From NCBI GenBank assembly GCA_034530615.2, contig JAVRCV020000063.1, forward strand, positions 1 to 64,000: a stretch of DNA of 64,000 nt. Direction: 5' to 3'. Positions 1-9,757 of this stretch are shown piece by piece. The translations under genes and the position numbers were made by a program. This stretch comes from Aulosira sp. ZfuVER01. Lineage in GTDB: Bacteria; Cyanobacteriota; Cyanobacteriia; Cyanobacteriales; Nostocaceae. Below the pieces are notes generated by a model. It did not search any database and was not told where the DNA came from. It saw only the letters and a program-made list of their open reading frames with translations. The first letter of the stretch is position 1. Each line of letters starts with the position of its first letter.

Positions 1-113
1 TTTCCGATTTCCTTCCTGATTATACTCCTCCCGTAGTAACAAAAGAGGGTTATACTAAATCTCCAAAATCGGGCAACACATCTAGACTCTGAAACCTTGA
101 TTTTGCCAGACTT

Positions 114-150
114 TCGTAATTATGAATTACGAATTACGAATTACGAATTG
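114..150. repeat. Short tandem heptamer repeat (AATTACG)n, STRR-like
   Basis: cgtaattatgaattacgaattacgaattacgaattg at the 3' end of the MFS gene. Confidence 0.8.
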
Positions 151-1424
151 GTATTACCCTCATATTCCTGTAATGCTCCGAGTTTGGCAATACCTGGCCA
201 GATTGCCGCTACAGCAATCACCACTGCAATTGTGCCAATCCCACCACCAACTACGGAGACAACTGGGCCAAATAAAGCAGCTGTCAAGCCTGATTCAAAG
301 CCTCCTAACTCATTGGAAGCACTAATAAATACACTATTAATCGCAGCAACTCGACCGCGTAAATGATCTGGCGTTCTAATTTGTACTAAGGTATGGCGAA
401 TCACAACGCTAATTGTGTCTAGTGCGCCACTCAGCACTAGCATCAATAATGATAGCCAAAACCAACGCGATAGCCCAAAGATAACCGTGACAACGCCAAA
501 GCCAACTACTGACCAAAGTAAGGCAGGCCCCGCTTTGCGTAAGGGTGGTAAATATGCCAGTACAACCGCCATAAATAAAGCGCCAATCGAAGGGGCTGCT
601 TGTAGGTAGCCTAACTCTAATGGCCCTACTTGCAAAATATCTTTGGCGAAAATCGGTAGTAATGCGATCGCACCTCCTAACAACACTGCAAACATATCTA
701 AGGTAATCGCTGCTAAAATCAGCTGATTTTGCCAGACAAACTTAGCTCCAGCTGAGAGTGCTTTGAGTGAGATTGGCTCTTTAGAATAACTGGTTTTCGG
801 TCTTGAAATCGCCGCTGTTAAGATAAAACACAACAATCCCGCGATCGCAGCCAGTACGTATACCCCCGTCGCACCTCCCAACAAGGCTATACCAAATCCT
901 CCCAAGGCTGGGCCGATGACTGAGGCTAATTGAAAGCTACTACTATTCCAAGTGGCTGCATTTGTAAACGCACTGACAGGTATCAATTGCCACATCAAAG
1001 CATCGCTGGCAGGTTTCAAGAAAGCCTTGGCAATACCTGTTAACACCAAGCAGGCGTAAATTAAAACTATTTTTCCTTGAGTCCAGGAAAGTAGAGCCAA
1101 ACCTAGGGAACATAAGGCTAATAAAAATACTGATAGCAACATCGTTAATTTGCGATCGCGGCGATCGGCAACATCCCCAGCAATCAAGGTGAGGGCTATC
1201 ATGGGTAAGACTTGGGCTAACCCAACACCACCTAATGCTAAAGCTGAATTTGTGCGATCGTAGAGTTCCCAGCCAATGGCCACAGTTTGCATTTGTGAGC
1301 CAGTGAACAAAAGTACACGCCCGATAGTAAATAGTTGATAATCGCGAAACCTCAACGCTGCAAAAGGATCGTGTGTTGCAGACTTAGTGTTGGGGAGGTT
1401 TGCTTTCTGTTTGCTCGAAGACAT
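141..1424 (-). CDS. MFS transporter (MFS_3 / transmembrane secretion effector type)
   Basis: 427 aa, about 12 hydrophobic segments, motif GDVADRRDRK, C-terminal TPDHLRGRV. Confidence 0.9.
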   Translation of the reverse strand: MSSSKQKANLPNTKSATHDPFAALRFRDYQLFTIGRVLLFTGSQMQTVAIGWELYDRTNSALALGGVGLAQVLPMIALTLIAGDVADRRDRKLTMLLSVFLLALCSLGLALLSWTQGKIVLIYACLVLTGIAKAFLKPASDALMWQLIPVSAFTNAATWNSSSFQLASVIGPALGGFGIALLGGATGVYVLAAIAGLLCFILTAAISRPKTSYSKEPISLKALSAGAKFVWQNQLILAAITLDMFAVLLGGAIALLPIFAKDILQVGPLELGYLQAAPSIGALFMAVVLAYLPPLRKAGPALLWSVVGFGVVTVIFGLSRWFWLSLLMLVLSGALDTISVVIRHTLVQIRTPDHLRGRVAAINSVFISASNELGGFESGLTAALFGPVVSVVGGGIGTIAVVIAVAAIWPGIAKLGALQEYEGNTNS

Positions 1425-1863
1425 TTTTTAGTAGTGCTAACCCTTCTTCTATATGGGAAACTTGCTCTGGTGTAAGGCCTTCCAAAAGGTCGGCAATATG
1501 AGCGCGAGTTTGGTCTTGGGATTGTTTTAAATGGTGCTTTCCCTGTTCTGTAAGATTCAGGAGAACTCGCCGTCTTTCTTGCGGATCGTTGATGCGTTGT
1601 ACCAAGTTGCGTTGTACTAGCCGTTCTGTGGTTGCTGATGCTGTGGCACAGGTGACACCTAAATGCTCTGCCAAATCAGATAGTGAAGCACCTGAATTGC
1701 GGTTGAGAAAAGCTAGCGATCGCAACTGCGGTATAGATAAAGAAGCGGCACTGTGAGCTCGCATATCTGCTCGGATAAACCGCATCACTAACGGAATTGT
1801 ATCCATTACTCTGGCAGCACATTCTTGGGAAGTTGCGCCTTGCACAGGTTTACCGAGGGTCAT
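1384..1863 (-). CDS. MarR family transcriptional regulator
   Basis: LSDLAEHLGVTCATASATTERLVQRNLVQR..DPQERRRVLLNLTEQG winged-helix signature. Confidence 0.92.
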   Translation of the reverse strand: MTLGKPVQGATSQECAARVMDTIPLVMRFIRADMRAHSAASLSIPQLRSLAFLNRNSGASLSDLAEHLGVTCATASATTERLVQRNLVQRINDPQERRRVLLNLTEQGKHHLKQSQDQTRAHIADLLEGLTPEQVSHIEEGLALLKNVFEQTESKPPQH

Positions 1864-1878
1864 CTGCTATGCTCCTAA

Positions 1879-2733
1879 TTACATTGCTACTCGTGGATAA
1901 AGTCTTCCACAAATTAAGGTCAAGGCAATTAATGTTAACAAGAGAATTGCACAGTCCAAACCAAAGCCATAAATACTAATTCCATTTACTAGCATCGTGC
2001 CGCGTAATGCATCCACTTGGTAAGTCAAGGGATTAACGTGAGATAAAAATTTTAACCAGTTCGGCATCATGGAAATGGGATAAATGGCATTACTGGCAAA
2101 AAATAATGGCATAGTTAACAACTGTCCAATTCCTGTCATCCGTTCTCTGGTTTTCACCAGACAGCCAATGATTAGGGAAAATGTGCAAAAACAACCTGCT
2201 CCCAGCATGACAATCAATAGCACTTGCACAAAAGCTAAAGGATGAAGGTTAAGTTTCACCCCTAGCAGTAGTGCTAATACGTAAATCACAAATACTTGTG
2301 ATAAACAACGTACCCCGCAAGCTAAGGATTTACCTAATACCATCGCTACTCTAGGAGTTGGGCTAGCCAAGAACTTGTGAACAACTCCTAAATCGCGCTC
2401 CCAAATCAGCGTCATCCCACCTGTAAAAATTGCCACAAATAACACACTCTGCGCTAGAATACCCGCAGACATAAAGTCAAGATAAGCTAAGTCGCCTGTG
2501 GGAATTGCCCGAATCCTGGTGAATACTTGCCCAAAAATCAACAGCCACAGTGATGGTTGCACGGCTCTGACTATTAAATCAGTCGGATCGTGTCGGAGTT
2601 TCCGCACTTCCATCTCGGCAATCACAAGAGTTTTGGTAAATATCTGAATAATGGTAGAAATTACATTGGCTTTGCGGGTAGCTTTTGGCTTAACCCAACC
2701 GTTGAGCTGTACGTCTGGTTCTGGCTGTATCAC
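1879..2733 (-). CDS. ABC-2 type transporter permease
   Basis: Hydrophobic protein with ERDLG..FLASP and NPLTYQVDALR motifs; next to an ABC ATPase. Confidence 0.9.
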   Translation of the reverse strand: MIQPEPDVQLNGWVKPKATRKANVISTIIQIFTKTLVIAEMEVRKLRHDPTDLIVRAVQPSLWLLIFGQVFTRIRAIPTGDLAYLDFMSAGILAQSVLFVAIFTGGMTLIWERDLGVVHKFLASPTPRVAMVLGKSLACGVRCLSQVFVIYVLALLLGVKLNLHPLAFVQVLLIVMLGAGCFCTFSLIIGCLVKTRERMTGIGQLLTMPLFFASNAIYPISMMPNWLKFLSHVNPLTYQVDALRGTMLVNGISIYGFGLDCAILLLTLIALTLICGRLYPRVAM

Positions 2734-3544
2734 GGTAGTTGACTCCTGATGCTAATTGATCCCCTGTGTAATGAATAAAGACATCATCTAAGGTTGCATT
2801 CGGCTTACCCAAAGAAGCTTTTAAATCGTTGGGTGTGCCTGTAATCACAACTTGGCCTTGCTGCATAATTGTCACTCGGTTACACAGACTATCGGCTTCT
2901 TCTAAAAAGTGAGTGGTTAAAAATATAGTTGTGCCGTAATCTGCACGCAGTTGTTGTACTAGATGCCATACTTGAGTACGGGCAATGGGATCTAGTCCTA
3001 CAGTCGGTTCATCAAGGAACAAAATCTTGGGTTGGTGCATGATAGATTGAGCAATTTCTAGCTTACGAATCATGCCACCAGAGTAGTTACGTACCAAGCG
3101 ATGGGCTGCTTCTTGCAAACCCATAAAATCTAGTACTTCTCGGATACGCCTTTGCCTATGTTTAACAGGAATATCGTATAGCTTGGCAAAGATTAAGAGG
3201 TTTTCGTAACCTGTGAGACTACCATCAGCAGACAGTGCTTGCGGTACATAACCAAATAACCGCCTCACAGCCGCAGCCTGATGAGTAACATCATAACCAG
3301 CTATAGTTGCTTTGCCTGCACTCAGGGGCAATAGGGTAGTCAACATTTTAATTGCTGTGCTTTTACCCGCGCCATTGGGGCCGAGTAAGCCAAATACCTC
3401 ACCTTGTTCTACTGTGATACTCAAATCATTGACAGCCACAGCTTTACCGAAGTAGCGTGTCAGTCCTTGCGTTTCTAAAATCACCGCTTGAGGGCTACTA
3501 GCAGGAGATTCCGATAAATCAGTGTTTCCCGTAAGTCTAGTCAC
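2690..3544 (-). CDS. ABC transporter ATP-binding protein (DrrA-like)
   Basis: Walker A GPNGAGKST, signature YSGGM, Walker B LFLDEPT. Confidence 0.95.
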   Translation of the reverse strand: MTRLTGNTDLSESPASSPQAVILETQGLTRYFGKAVAVNDLSITVEQGEVFGLLGPNGAGKSTAIKMLTTLLPLSAGKATIAGYDVTHQAAAVRRLFGYVPQALSADGSLTGYENLLIFAKLYDIPVKHRQRRIREVLDFMGLQEAAHRLVRNYSGGMIRKLEIAQSIMHQPKILFLDEPTVGLDPIARTQVWHLVQQLRADYGTTIFLTTHFLEEADSLCNRVTIMQQGQVVITGTPNDLKASLGKPNATLDDVFIHYTGDQLASGVNYRDTARTRRTAQRLG

Positions 3545-3572
3545 GAGTTGGATGCACTCTCAATATTTAGAT

Positions 3573-3589
3573 AAGCTAAATATTAGCTT
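3573..3589. promoter_or_regulatory. Palindrome AAGCTAA-N3-TTAGCTT, candidate MarR operator
   Basis: Perfect 7-bp inverted repeat about 30 nt upstream of the ABC-MarR-MFS operon. Confidence 0.45.
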
Positions 3590-4417
3590 CGCATATTTTA
3601 TGTGAAAGTCAAGAGTCAACAACATCACCATGTATGAAAATGGGTATAGGGCAATGGTGCGAAGAAGGGATGCCGAGAAATCCAAGGGAGTTCTGCTACG
3701 GGGCGATCGCTTGTGAGTTTGCTACTTTGCTTTTTAATCGATCACTTCATAGGTCGATTCAAGTTTCAGAACTCTAAAGTTGGACGTGTTTAGATAAATA
3801 CCTCTCTCTTAAGTATGATTCCTACATCTGACACGAACGGGCTTTTAATGTTTCTGCTATCGTTACTTACTCAATTGAAACAAAAGGAAGGTTGTTTTTC
3901 AAAAAGGTCATGCTATGGTAGAGATGTTTACATTAAGTCAAAAAACTCAAATTGCTAGTGACATGAATGCTGATGTTCACCGATGTTTGAATATTGCTTC
4001 AAACATTGTTCTTAGTTCAAATAATTATTTCGCCGCTTGCTATTGGGAAAGAACGGTCAAGCAAAAGCTGCTTCGCTCGCTACGTTGAGGCAATATTTGC
4101 TGAATCTTTTTTTCAGACACTAAAGTTTTTGCCCTATTTCTAGTCAAGGTTTCTACTGCAACCTATTTTTTGCAGTCATAGCTCGGCACAGCTATTTGCT
4201 GCCGATACGATTCATGTTTGCTGAGATTTTTAATTAGCCCAATGCGTCTAATTCAAATTGAGTTAGAAGTTAGAATCGGGCTAATTCGCAAATACGACAT
4301 AGCTATGCTTTTAGGCTGGTTGATAACCCTTCTACGAAAGGAGGCAACTATTTTGCTCAAGGCATTGCAGTGGAAATGTAGCCAATATTCCTCTTTTGAA
4401 AGAGGAGCCAACAAACG

Positions 4418-4483
4418 ATGCTGACAACTTATCAGGCAGCAATCGTAATTGTTCTAGCTATGGTTGGTTTGGTGGTGGCTTAA
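4418..4483 (+). CDS. Putative 21-aa hydrophobic small protein (MLTTYQAAIVIVLAMVGLVVA)
   Basis: GAGGAG RBS upstream of the ATG; single TM-like stretch; not in the ORF track. Confidence 0.3.
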   Translation: MLTTYQAAIVIVLAMVGLVVA

Positions 4484-4573
4484 CGCATCTGTCCAACGCT
4501 GGTACGGATTGCGCCTGTTTTTTGATTGGCTCAATTCGTTCAATTCTAGATTGAATTATGAGTTTTGATCGCA

Positions 4574-4774
4574 ATGAAATTCAAACATCACACACAAAGA
4601 CCCACAACGAGAAATTGTCTTTACTGTTCCCATCGATTACTACGTCATATTCGTGGTCAACGAATCTATTGGTTCTGTCGAAATTGCTGGGAAGAAATCT
4701 ATTTTCTAGAAGAAACACCTTTTAGAAAAGGCTTAAAGAATATCCCACAGTACCAATGTGAAAAAGCTTTTTGA
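4574..4774 (+). CDS. Small CxxC...CxxC zinc-ribbon-like hypothetical protein
   Basis: CLYCSHRLLRHIRGQRIYWFCRNCWEE resembles a small conserved cyanobacterial family. Confidence 0.6.
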   Translation: MKFKHHTQRPTTRNCLYCSHRLLRHIRGQRIYWFCRNCWEEIYFLEETPFRKGLKNIPQYQCEKAF

Positions 4775-4926
4775 GATTTGGACTAAATCCTATCCAAAGT
4801 TTGAACTCAAATTAAGTTTTTGCAGCGATAGATTATCTCAGATGTTTATGTTGAAAGGCATTACACCCATCTAAGCTTTCAGTTTGATCATCTTGTTCAA
4901 TTCAGATTAAATCAGGAGTTTCAATC

Positions 4927-5259
4927 ATGATGCTCTTAGTCCGACGCACAGAAAAGCCTGTGTGGTCACAGTTTTGTAATTATGGTGTTTACTTCACGCG
5001 ATGGTGGTCATCTTACTGGTTTAATATTTTTGCTATTGCAATTGTGTTAACCGCTACTTTGATCTACCTTCTAGCATTCGTTAACGCACCATTCTCTCAA
5101 ATCAGTAATGACGATTACCAACCGATTTTAAGTGCCTTGTTTTTGAACAATGAGATGAGTAACAGCACTACACCTCAGTTCTCTGGCTACCGATTAGCAC
5201 TCTTGTATGACTTTGGCAGATGGTTTGCTGTACAAGCAATTCGACTGTTGTCTAACTGA
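4927..5259 (+). CDS. Hypothetical membrane protein
   Basis: AGGAG RBS; one TM segment. Confidence 0.5.
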   Translation: MMLLVRRTEKPVWSQFCNYGVYFTRWWSSYWFNIFAIAIVLTATLIYLLAFVNAPFSQISNDDYQPILSALFLNNEMSNSTTPQFSGYRLALLYDFGRWFAVQAIRLLSN

Positions 5260-5333
5260 GTTTAGAACCGTGGTTTGAAGACCTTAAATGATGGTTTTTC
5301 TTTAGATATATTGTCGTAATTCGTAGCAAAGAA

Positions 5334-6503
5334 ATGACACAACAAGTTCTAATTTTGGGAGGAAGTGGAAGAATTGGGGGTCAAGTCGCCGCAGACTTGC
5401 TCTCCCATACTGCGGTAAATGTGACAATTGCAGGGCGCAATCCAAAAACCGGGCAGAAAGCCTGTCAGGTATTGGTCAATTCAATTGGAGAAACGTCTCC
5501 CCAACGCTGTCAGTTCGTCTCAATTCACTTAGATGATTTGAGAAGACTACAAGATGCGATCGCGCAATCAGATCTAGTAATTCACTGCGCGGGGCCGTTT
5601 CAACATCGAAATGCTAGTGTTTTGAAACTCTGCATTGATTCTGGTGTGAACTATATCGATGTCAGCGATTGTGTCTCTTTCACTTGTAAAGCGATCGCAC
5701 TCCAAGCAGAAGCCCAAGCCGCAGGAATCACCGCAACGATCAACACGGGCATTTTTCCCGGCATTTCTAATAGCATGGTGCGGCGAGATATCGAGCAACT
5801 CGATCGAGCCGACAAAGTGCATCTCAGCTATGTAGTTGGGGGATCTGGTGGGGCAGGTCTTACGGTGATGCGCTCGACCTTTTTGGGGTTACAGCGTCCG
5901 TTTGCAGCGTGGATTGATGGGAAACACCAACAAGTTCAACCTTATAGCGATCGCGAAGCGATCGAATTTCCACACTATGGCAAAGTCGGCGTTTATTGGT
6001 TTGATATGCCCGAAGCCTTGACGCTAGCGGATACGTTTCCAGTCAAAACCGTTGTCACTAAATTTGGCACTGTACCGCGTTTTTACAACTATCTGACTTG
6101 GAGCGTGGCGCGATGGTGGCATCCTAAACTACTGCAATCAAATAGCGCGATCGAGTTTTTGTCACAAGTCAGCTACGCAATGACGCAGATCAGCGATCGA
6201 TTTAGCGGCGTAGGTGTGGCTATTCGCTCCGAAGTGCTGGGAATGAAATACGGTCAGCTTGTCCGTTGCTGCTCAACACTGCATCATCCGAATACGGCCG
6301 AGGTTGCTGGTAGGGGAACCGGAGCAATCGCACAACTATTACTGTCTGGAGAACTCAGAAAACCTGGAGTGTGGACACCAGAACAAGTCCTCTCAACGCC
6401 AATGTTTGAAAAGGTAATGAGCGATCGAGATCTGGAAATTCATCAACAGTTGCTTCCTAATTCGATCGATCGTTCCTTTGAAACTTCTACTGCGAAGTGT
6501 TAA
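5334..6503 (+). CDS. Saccharopine dehydrogenase-like NAD(P)-binding oxidoreductase
   Basis: ILGGSGRIGG Rossmann motif, HCAGPF, GIFPGISN. Confidence 0.88.
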   Translation: MTQQVLILGGSGRIGGQVAADLLSHTAVNVTIAGRNPKTGQKACQVLVNSIGETSPQRCQFVSIHLDDLRRLQDAIAQSDLVIHCAGPFQHRNASVLKLCIDSGVNYIDVSDCVSFTCKAIALQAEAQAAGITATINTGIFPGISNSMVRRDIEQLDRADKVHLSYVVGGSGGAGLTVMRSTFLGLQRPFAAWIDGKHQQVQPYSDREAIEFPHYGKVGVYWFDMPEALTLADTFPVKTVVTKFGTVPRFYNYLTWSVARWWHPKLLQSNSAIEFLSQVSYAMTQISDRFSGVGVAIRSEVLGMKYGQLVRCCSTLHHPNTAEVAGRGTGAIAQLLLSGELRKPGVWTPEQVLSTPMFEKVMSDRDLEIHQQLLPNSIDRSFETSTAKC

Positions 6504-6509
6504 TTTGCA

Positions 6510-6719
6510 ATGTTATCTCTTCCTTTTCTAGTAGCCTTTTCGATCGCCTGCTTTGCAATCTATGTGGCAAATGTAGCAAAAGAAGAAATGGTTGAAATCT
6601 TTGCTGCGATCGTTGCAGTTCTAAGTTTTGTTGTCGGTTTGATACTAGCGCCTTGGTTTATCCAAATAGCGCTGCTAATTTTTGTAGTGGTGTTTTGGCG
6701 TACCCCAATCCTGCGATAG
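6510..6719 (+). CDS. Small membrane protein
   Basis: 69 aa, almost entirely hydrophobic, operonic spacing. Confidence 0.6.
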   Translation: MLSLPFLVAFSIACFAIYVANVAKEEMVEIFAAIVAVLSFVVGLILAPWFIQIALLIFVVVFWRTPILR

Positions 6720-6909
6720 ACCTATGTGTACTACCATGCTATGGCTGTGGTCATCGTTGCGATCGGACTAGAGATTTAACCATATTTGTAAATTGGTTAT
6801 GCGTTGCCTGTTCATCGTCATTGAGCTAATTTTTCCGCCCTAGCGTCATCAATACTTCGATTTCTCGATGTCATCAGTCAGTATTCATTTTTAATTAGGA
6901 GAGAATTTT

Positions 6910-7254
6910 ATGCGATCTCGATTAAGATCTGCACGCTCCCAGATGGAGTCTGTTTTGTTATCGCCTGAAGATGCGATGGCTCGTTTGAATAAGCTGTTCA
7001 TCGTTGATGTGCAGAATCCGAAATATGCCAGTTCTGTTCTTCCTAAATCACATCGTCTGAATGTTGATACTTTGCTCAAAGACATTCCCAAAACGCAACC
7101 CATTCTGTTGACTTGTCTCGTTGGGCAACGCAGTTTTACTGTGGCTCAACAATTGATTCAGAAGGGCTATGACGCTATTTATGTTCTGAGAGGCGGCGTG
7201 ATGGCATGGAAGCAAGCAGGGTACACTGTACAACCGATCAAAATCTGCGCTTAA
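6910..7254 (+). CDS. Rhodanese-like domain protein
   Basis: CLVGQRS active-site loop, LRGGVMAWKQAG; AGGAGA RBS. Confidence 0.85.
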   Translation: MRSRLRSARSQMESVLLSPEDAMARLNKLFIVDVQNPKYASSVLPKSHRLNVDTLLKDIPKTQPILLTCLVGQRSFTVAQQLIQKGYDAIYVLRGGVMAWKQAGYTVQPIKICA

Positions 7255-7275
7255 TTATTTACCGAATCAGATGGA

Positions 7276-7962
7276 ATGGGAGCAATGCTGGATTACATTT
7301 TTGAGTCTCCGTTTAATTGGGGTGTTGAAACCCTTTTCCTGCTGCTCGTGCTGGTTGCCTTAGAAGCAGTCTTGTCAGCAGATAATGCGATCGCGTTAGC
7401 TGCATTGTCTCAATCCTTGCAAAATCCCAAGCTAGAACGACGCGCCCTCAATATTGGTTTAGGCATTGCTTATGGGCTGCGAATGCTGCTGATTGTCAGC
7501 GCGACTTGGATTATTCAGTTCTGGCAATTTGAATTGGCTGGAGCGCTTTATCTTCTGTGGTTGTCCTGGCAATATTTCACAGCCAAGCAAGCGGATCGGG
7601 GCGATCGCCCCACGACACCAAAATCGCTTTGGCAGGTAATTCCTGCGATCGCGGTGACAGATTTGGCATTCTCTCTGGATAGTGTGACGACTGCGATCGC
7701 AATTTCTCAAGACCTCTGGTTGATTCTATTGGGGGGTACAATTGGCATTGTGGCGCTTCGTTTTCTGGCAGGATTATTTATCCTCTGGTTAGAGGAGTTT
7801 CTGTATTTAGAAGATGCGGGCTACGTTGCAGTTGCTTTAGTTGGATTACGATTGCTGTTACGTGTGGTTGCTCCAGTGCTAGTTCCTCCAGAGTGGTTTA
7901 TGGTTAGCTTGATTGCTGTGATATTTATTTGGGGATTCTCTCAGCGCCGCCAACAAGCTTAG
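7276..7962 (+). CDS. TerC family membrane protein
   Basis: LEAVLSADNAIALA and DLAFSLDSV motifs. Confidence 0.92.
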   Translation: MGAMLDYIFESPFNWGVETLFLLLVLVALEAVLSADNAIALAALSQSLQNPKLERRALNIGLGIAYGLRMLLIVSATWIIQFWQFELAGALYLLWLSWQYFTAKQADRGDRPTTPKSLWQVIPAIAVTDLAFSLDSVTTAIAISQDLWLILLGGTIGIVALRFLAGLFILWLEEFLYLEDAGYVAVALVGLRLLLRVVAPVLVPPEWFMVSLIAVIFIWGFSQRRQQA

Positions 7963-7973
7963 GAGAGCACCAA

Positions 7974-8608
7974 ATGACACTTGAACAACTACAGGGGGCT
8001 ATCGATGAGGCCTACAGTTAATACAACATTTTGTGCTGGCTTAACTTAGTACCATTTGGGTATAAGGTATTTGTCTTCGATCGCTGGTATCGCAATGTCT
8101 TGCTTTTTCACCTGCTTCGACCTAGAGATAGTTCAGTGAAAGCACCGTTTAAGCGAATTTTAGCTGCGATCGCACGCTCTGCTTCGGCTCAAAATTTATT
8201 TAATCTGGCGATCGCACACATAAAGCAAAACTGCAAGCATCAAATGCTTGCCCATTGCCTTAGCCTCAAGAGTTTCGAGCAAATGGGTAAACTTATTGAT
8301 GCTGGGTTTGGGCTATCTACATATCTATAGTCCATAGATATTATCAACATAATCAGATGTTAAACACTATTGATTCCGCAAGGGAAAAAATAGAAGCTCT
8401 GGAAAAGACTATTCGCGAAACCTCAGAACGCTTAGTTAGTGGTGTGGTGTTAAAGTATGGCAAAGACAGTCGGGAATATGAACTAACAGGTGGGGTACGT
8501 AAAAGCGATGGCTTCGCCAACGCCAAGGGCGAACGCGCTCGTAAAGCCACCATTACTCGATTAAAATCTTCCGCAGAGGCAAAAGCCGCTTCGATAGAAA
8601 CAGAATAA
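7974..8608 (+). pseudogene. Degraded hypothetical gene(s)
   Basis: RBS plus ATG at 7974, in-frame TAA at 8019, frame continues to 8330. The 8357-8608 fragment (KYGKDSREYELTGGVRKS) looks like the C-terminal part of a conserved cyanobacterial protein and carries a 24-nt insertion. Confidence 0.45.
8510..8533. repeat. 24-nt small dispersed repeat inserted in a HIP1 site
   Basis: GCGAT[GGCTTCGCCAACGCCAAGGGCGAA]CGC. Confidence 0.7.
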
Positions 8609-8812
8609 TAGAAATATGCGATCGCCTCCCAACTAGAAAAATTTCCTCACGCTTTCCTCACATTTTGTTTCTAACCTCAAAATGGAGATGAGGTTAAAAG
8701 AAATAAGCGTTGCATAAATGCGGGATGATTTATCTCACGCACCAGATGTAGAGAGAATGAGGATTTTGAGATATTGCTGATAGCAAATGACTCGGAAGTG
8801 GAGGTTCAGTCA

Positions 8813-9499
8813 ATGCTTAAGACGTTAACACCAAAACCCCAGCAACAGCTGGTTTCAGTCTCAGCAGGTGAAGTCAAGTTAAAGGGTAGTTTAATTATTC
8901 CAGATGGTGCTACAAGCATCGTTTTATTTGCTCATGGCAATGGTAGCAGTCGTCATAGCCCCCGCAATCGATATGTTGCTGGAGTTTTGGAATTATGCGG
9001 CTTGGCAACTTTGCTGATTGATTTGCTAACTCCCGAAGAAGAAGAACTCGATCTGCGAACAAGGCATTTAGGTTTTGATATGAGGTTGTTAGCATCGCGG
9101 TTAGTTGGTGCTACAGATTGGTTGTTACAAAACTCAAATACTAGTCACCTGAACATAGGTTACTTTGGAGCTAGTACTGGAGGTGGTGCGGCGCTAGTTG
9201 CAGCCACAAAACGTCCAGAGGTAGTTAAGGCAGTTGTGACTCGTAGCGGACGCCTTGATTTAGCTGGTTTAGTATTACCTCAAGTTCAAGCACCAACGTT
9301 ACTAATTGTAGGGGGCTACGATTTGCCAGCGATCGCAATGCATGAAGATGCACTAAAACAATTGCAGACAAAGAAACAGCTAGAGATTATTTCCAATGCT
9401 ACCCATTTATTTCCCGAACCAGGGACGCTTGCAGAAGCGGCGCGAGTAGCAAGTGAATGGTTTAAATGCTACCTGGTAGAAGACGCATCTCAAAACTAA
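8813..9499 (+). CDS. Dienelactone hydrolase-like alpha/beta hydrolase
   Basis: FAHGNGSSRHSPRN, GYFGASTGG nucleophile elbow, ATHLF; GGAGG RBS before ATG 8813. Confidence 0.85.
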   Translation: MLKTLTPKPQQQLVSVSAGEVKLKGSLIIPDGATSIVLFAHGNGSSRHSPRNRYVAGVLELCGLATLLIDLLTPEEEELDLRTRHLGFDMRLLASRLVGATDWLLQNSNTSHLNIGYFGASTGGGAALVAATKRPEVVKAVVTRSGRLDLAGLVLPQVQAPTLLIVGGYDLPAIAMHEDALKQLQTKKQLEIISNATHLFPEPGTLAEAARVASEWFKCYLVEDASQN

Positions 9500-9568
9500 A
9501 ATTCAAGTACCGCTTTGCATAAGTTTGTCAGTTTTTTAAACGCAAAGGATTGCAGCGGTTAGCGCAGC

Positions 9569-9702
9569 GAAAAGTTCCTCGAAGCCGGGTTTCCCGGCGT
9601 AGGAACGCCACTTTGCACAACGGGGAGGCAGCCGTGTGGGCGGGTTTCCCGACTTGAACGGACTGCCGTGGGAACCCCCGCAAGCAAGTGGCTCAACTTT
9701 TC
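9569..9702. repeat. Three nested palindromic dispersed repeats
   Basis: GAAAAGTT/AACTTTTC outer, GCCACTT/AAGTGGC middle, GGCAG/CTGCC inner; related copies near 41453, 56114 and 62141. Confidence 0.7.
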
Positions 9703-9757
9703 AAGACAGAGGAACGCAGAGGAAATTCACCACGAATTGATGAAATGGTGTACTAAG

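Noticed and set aside
9668..9757. N-terminal extension of the ABC ATPase from GTG 9668
   Set aside because: The start lies inside the nested repeat; ATG 9758 is more plausible
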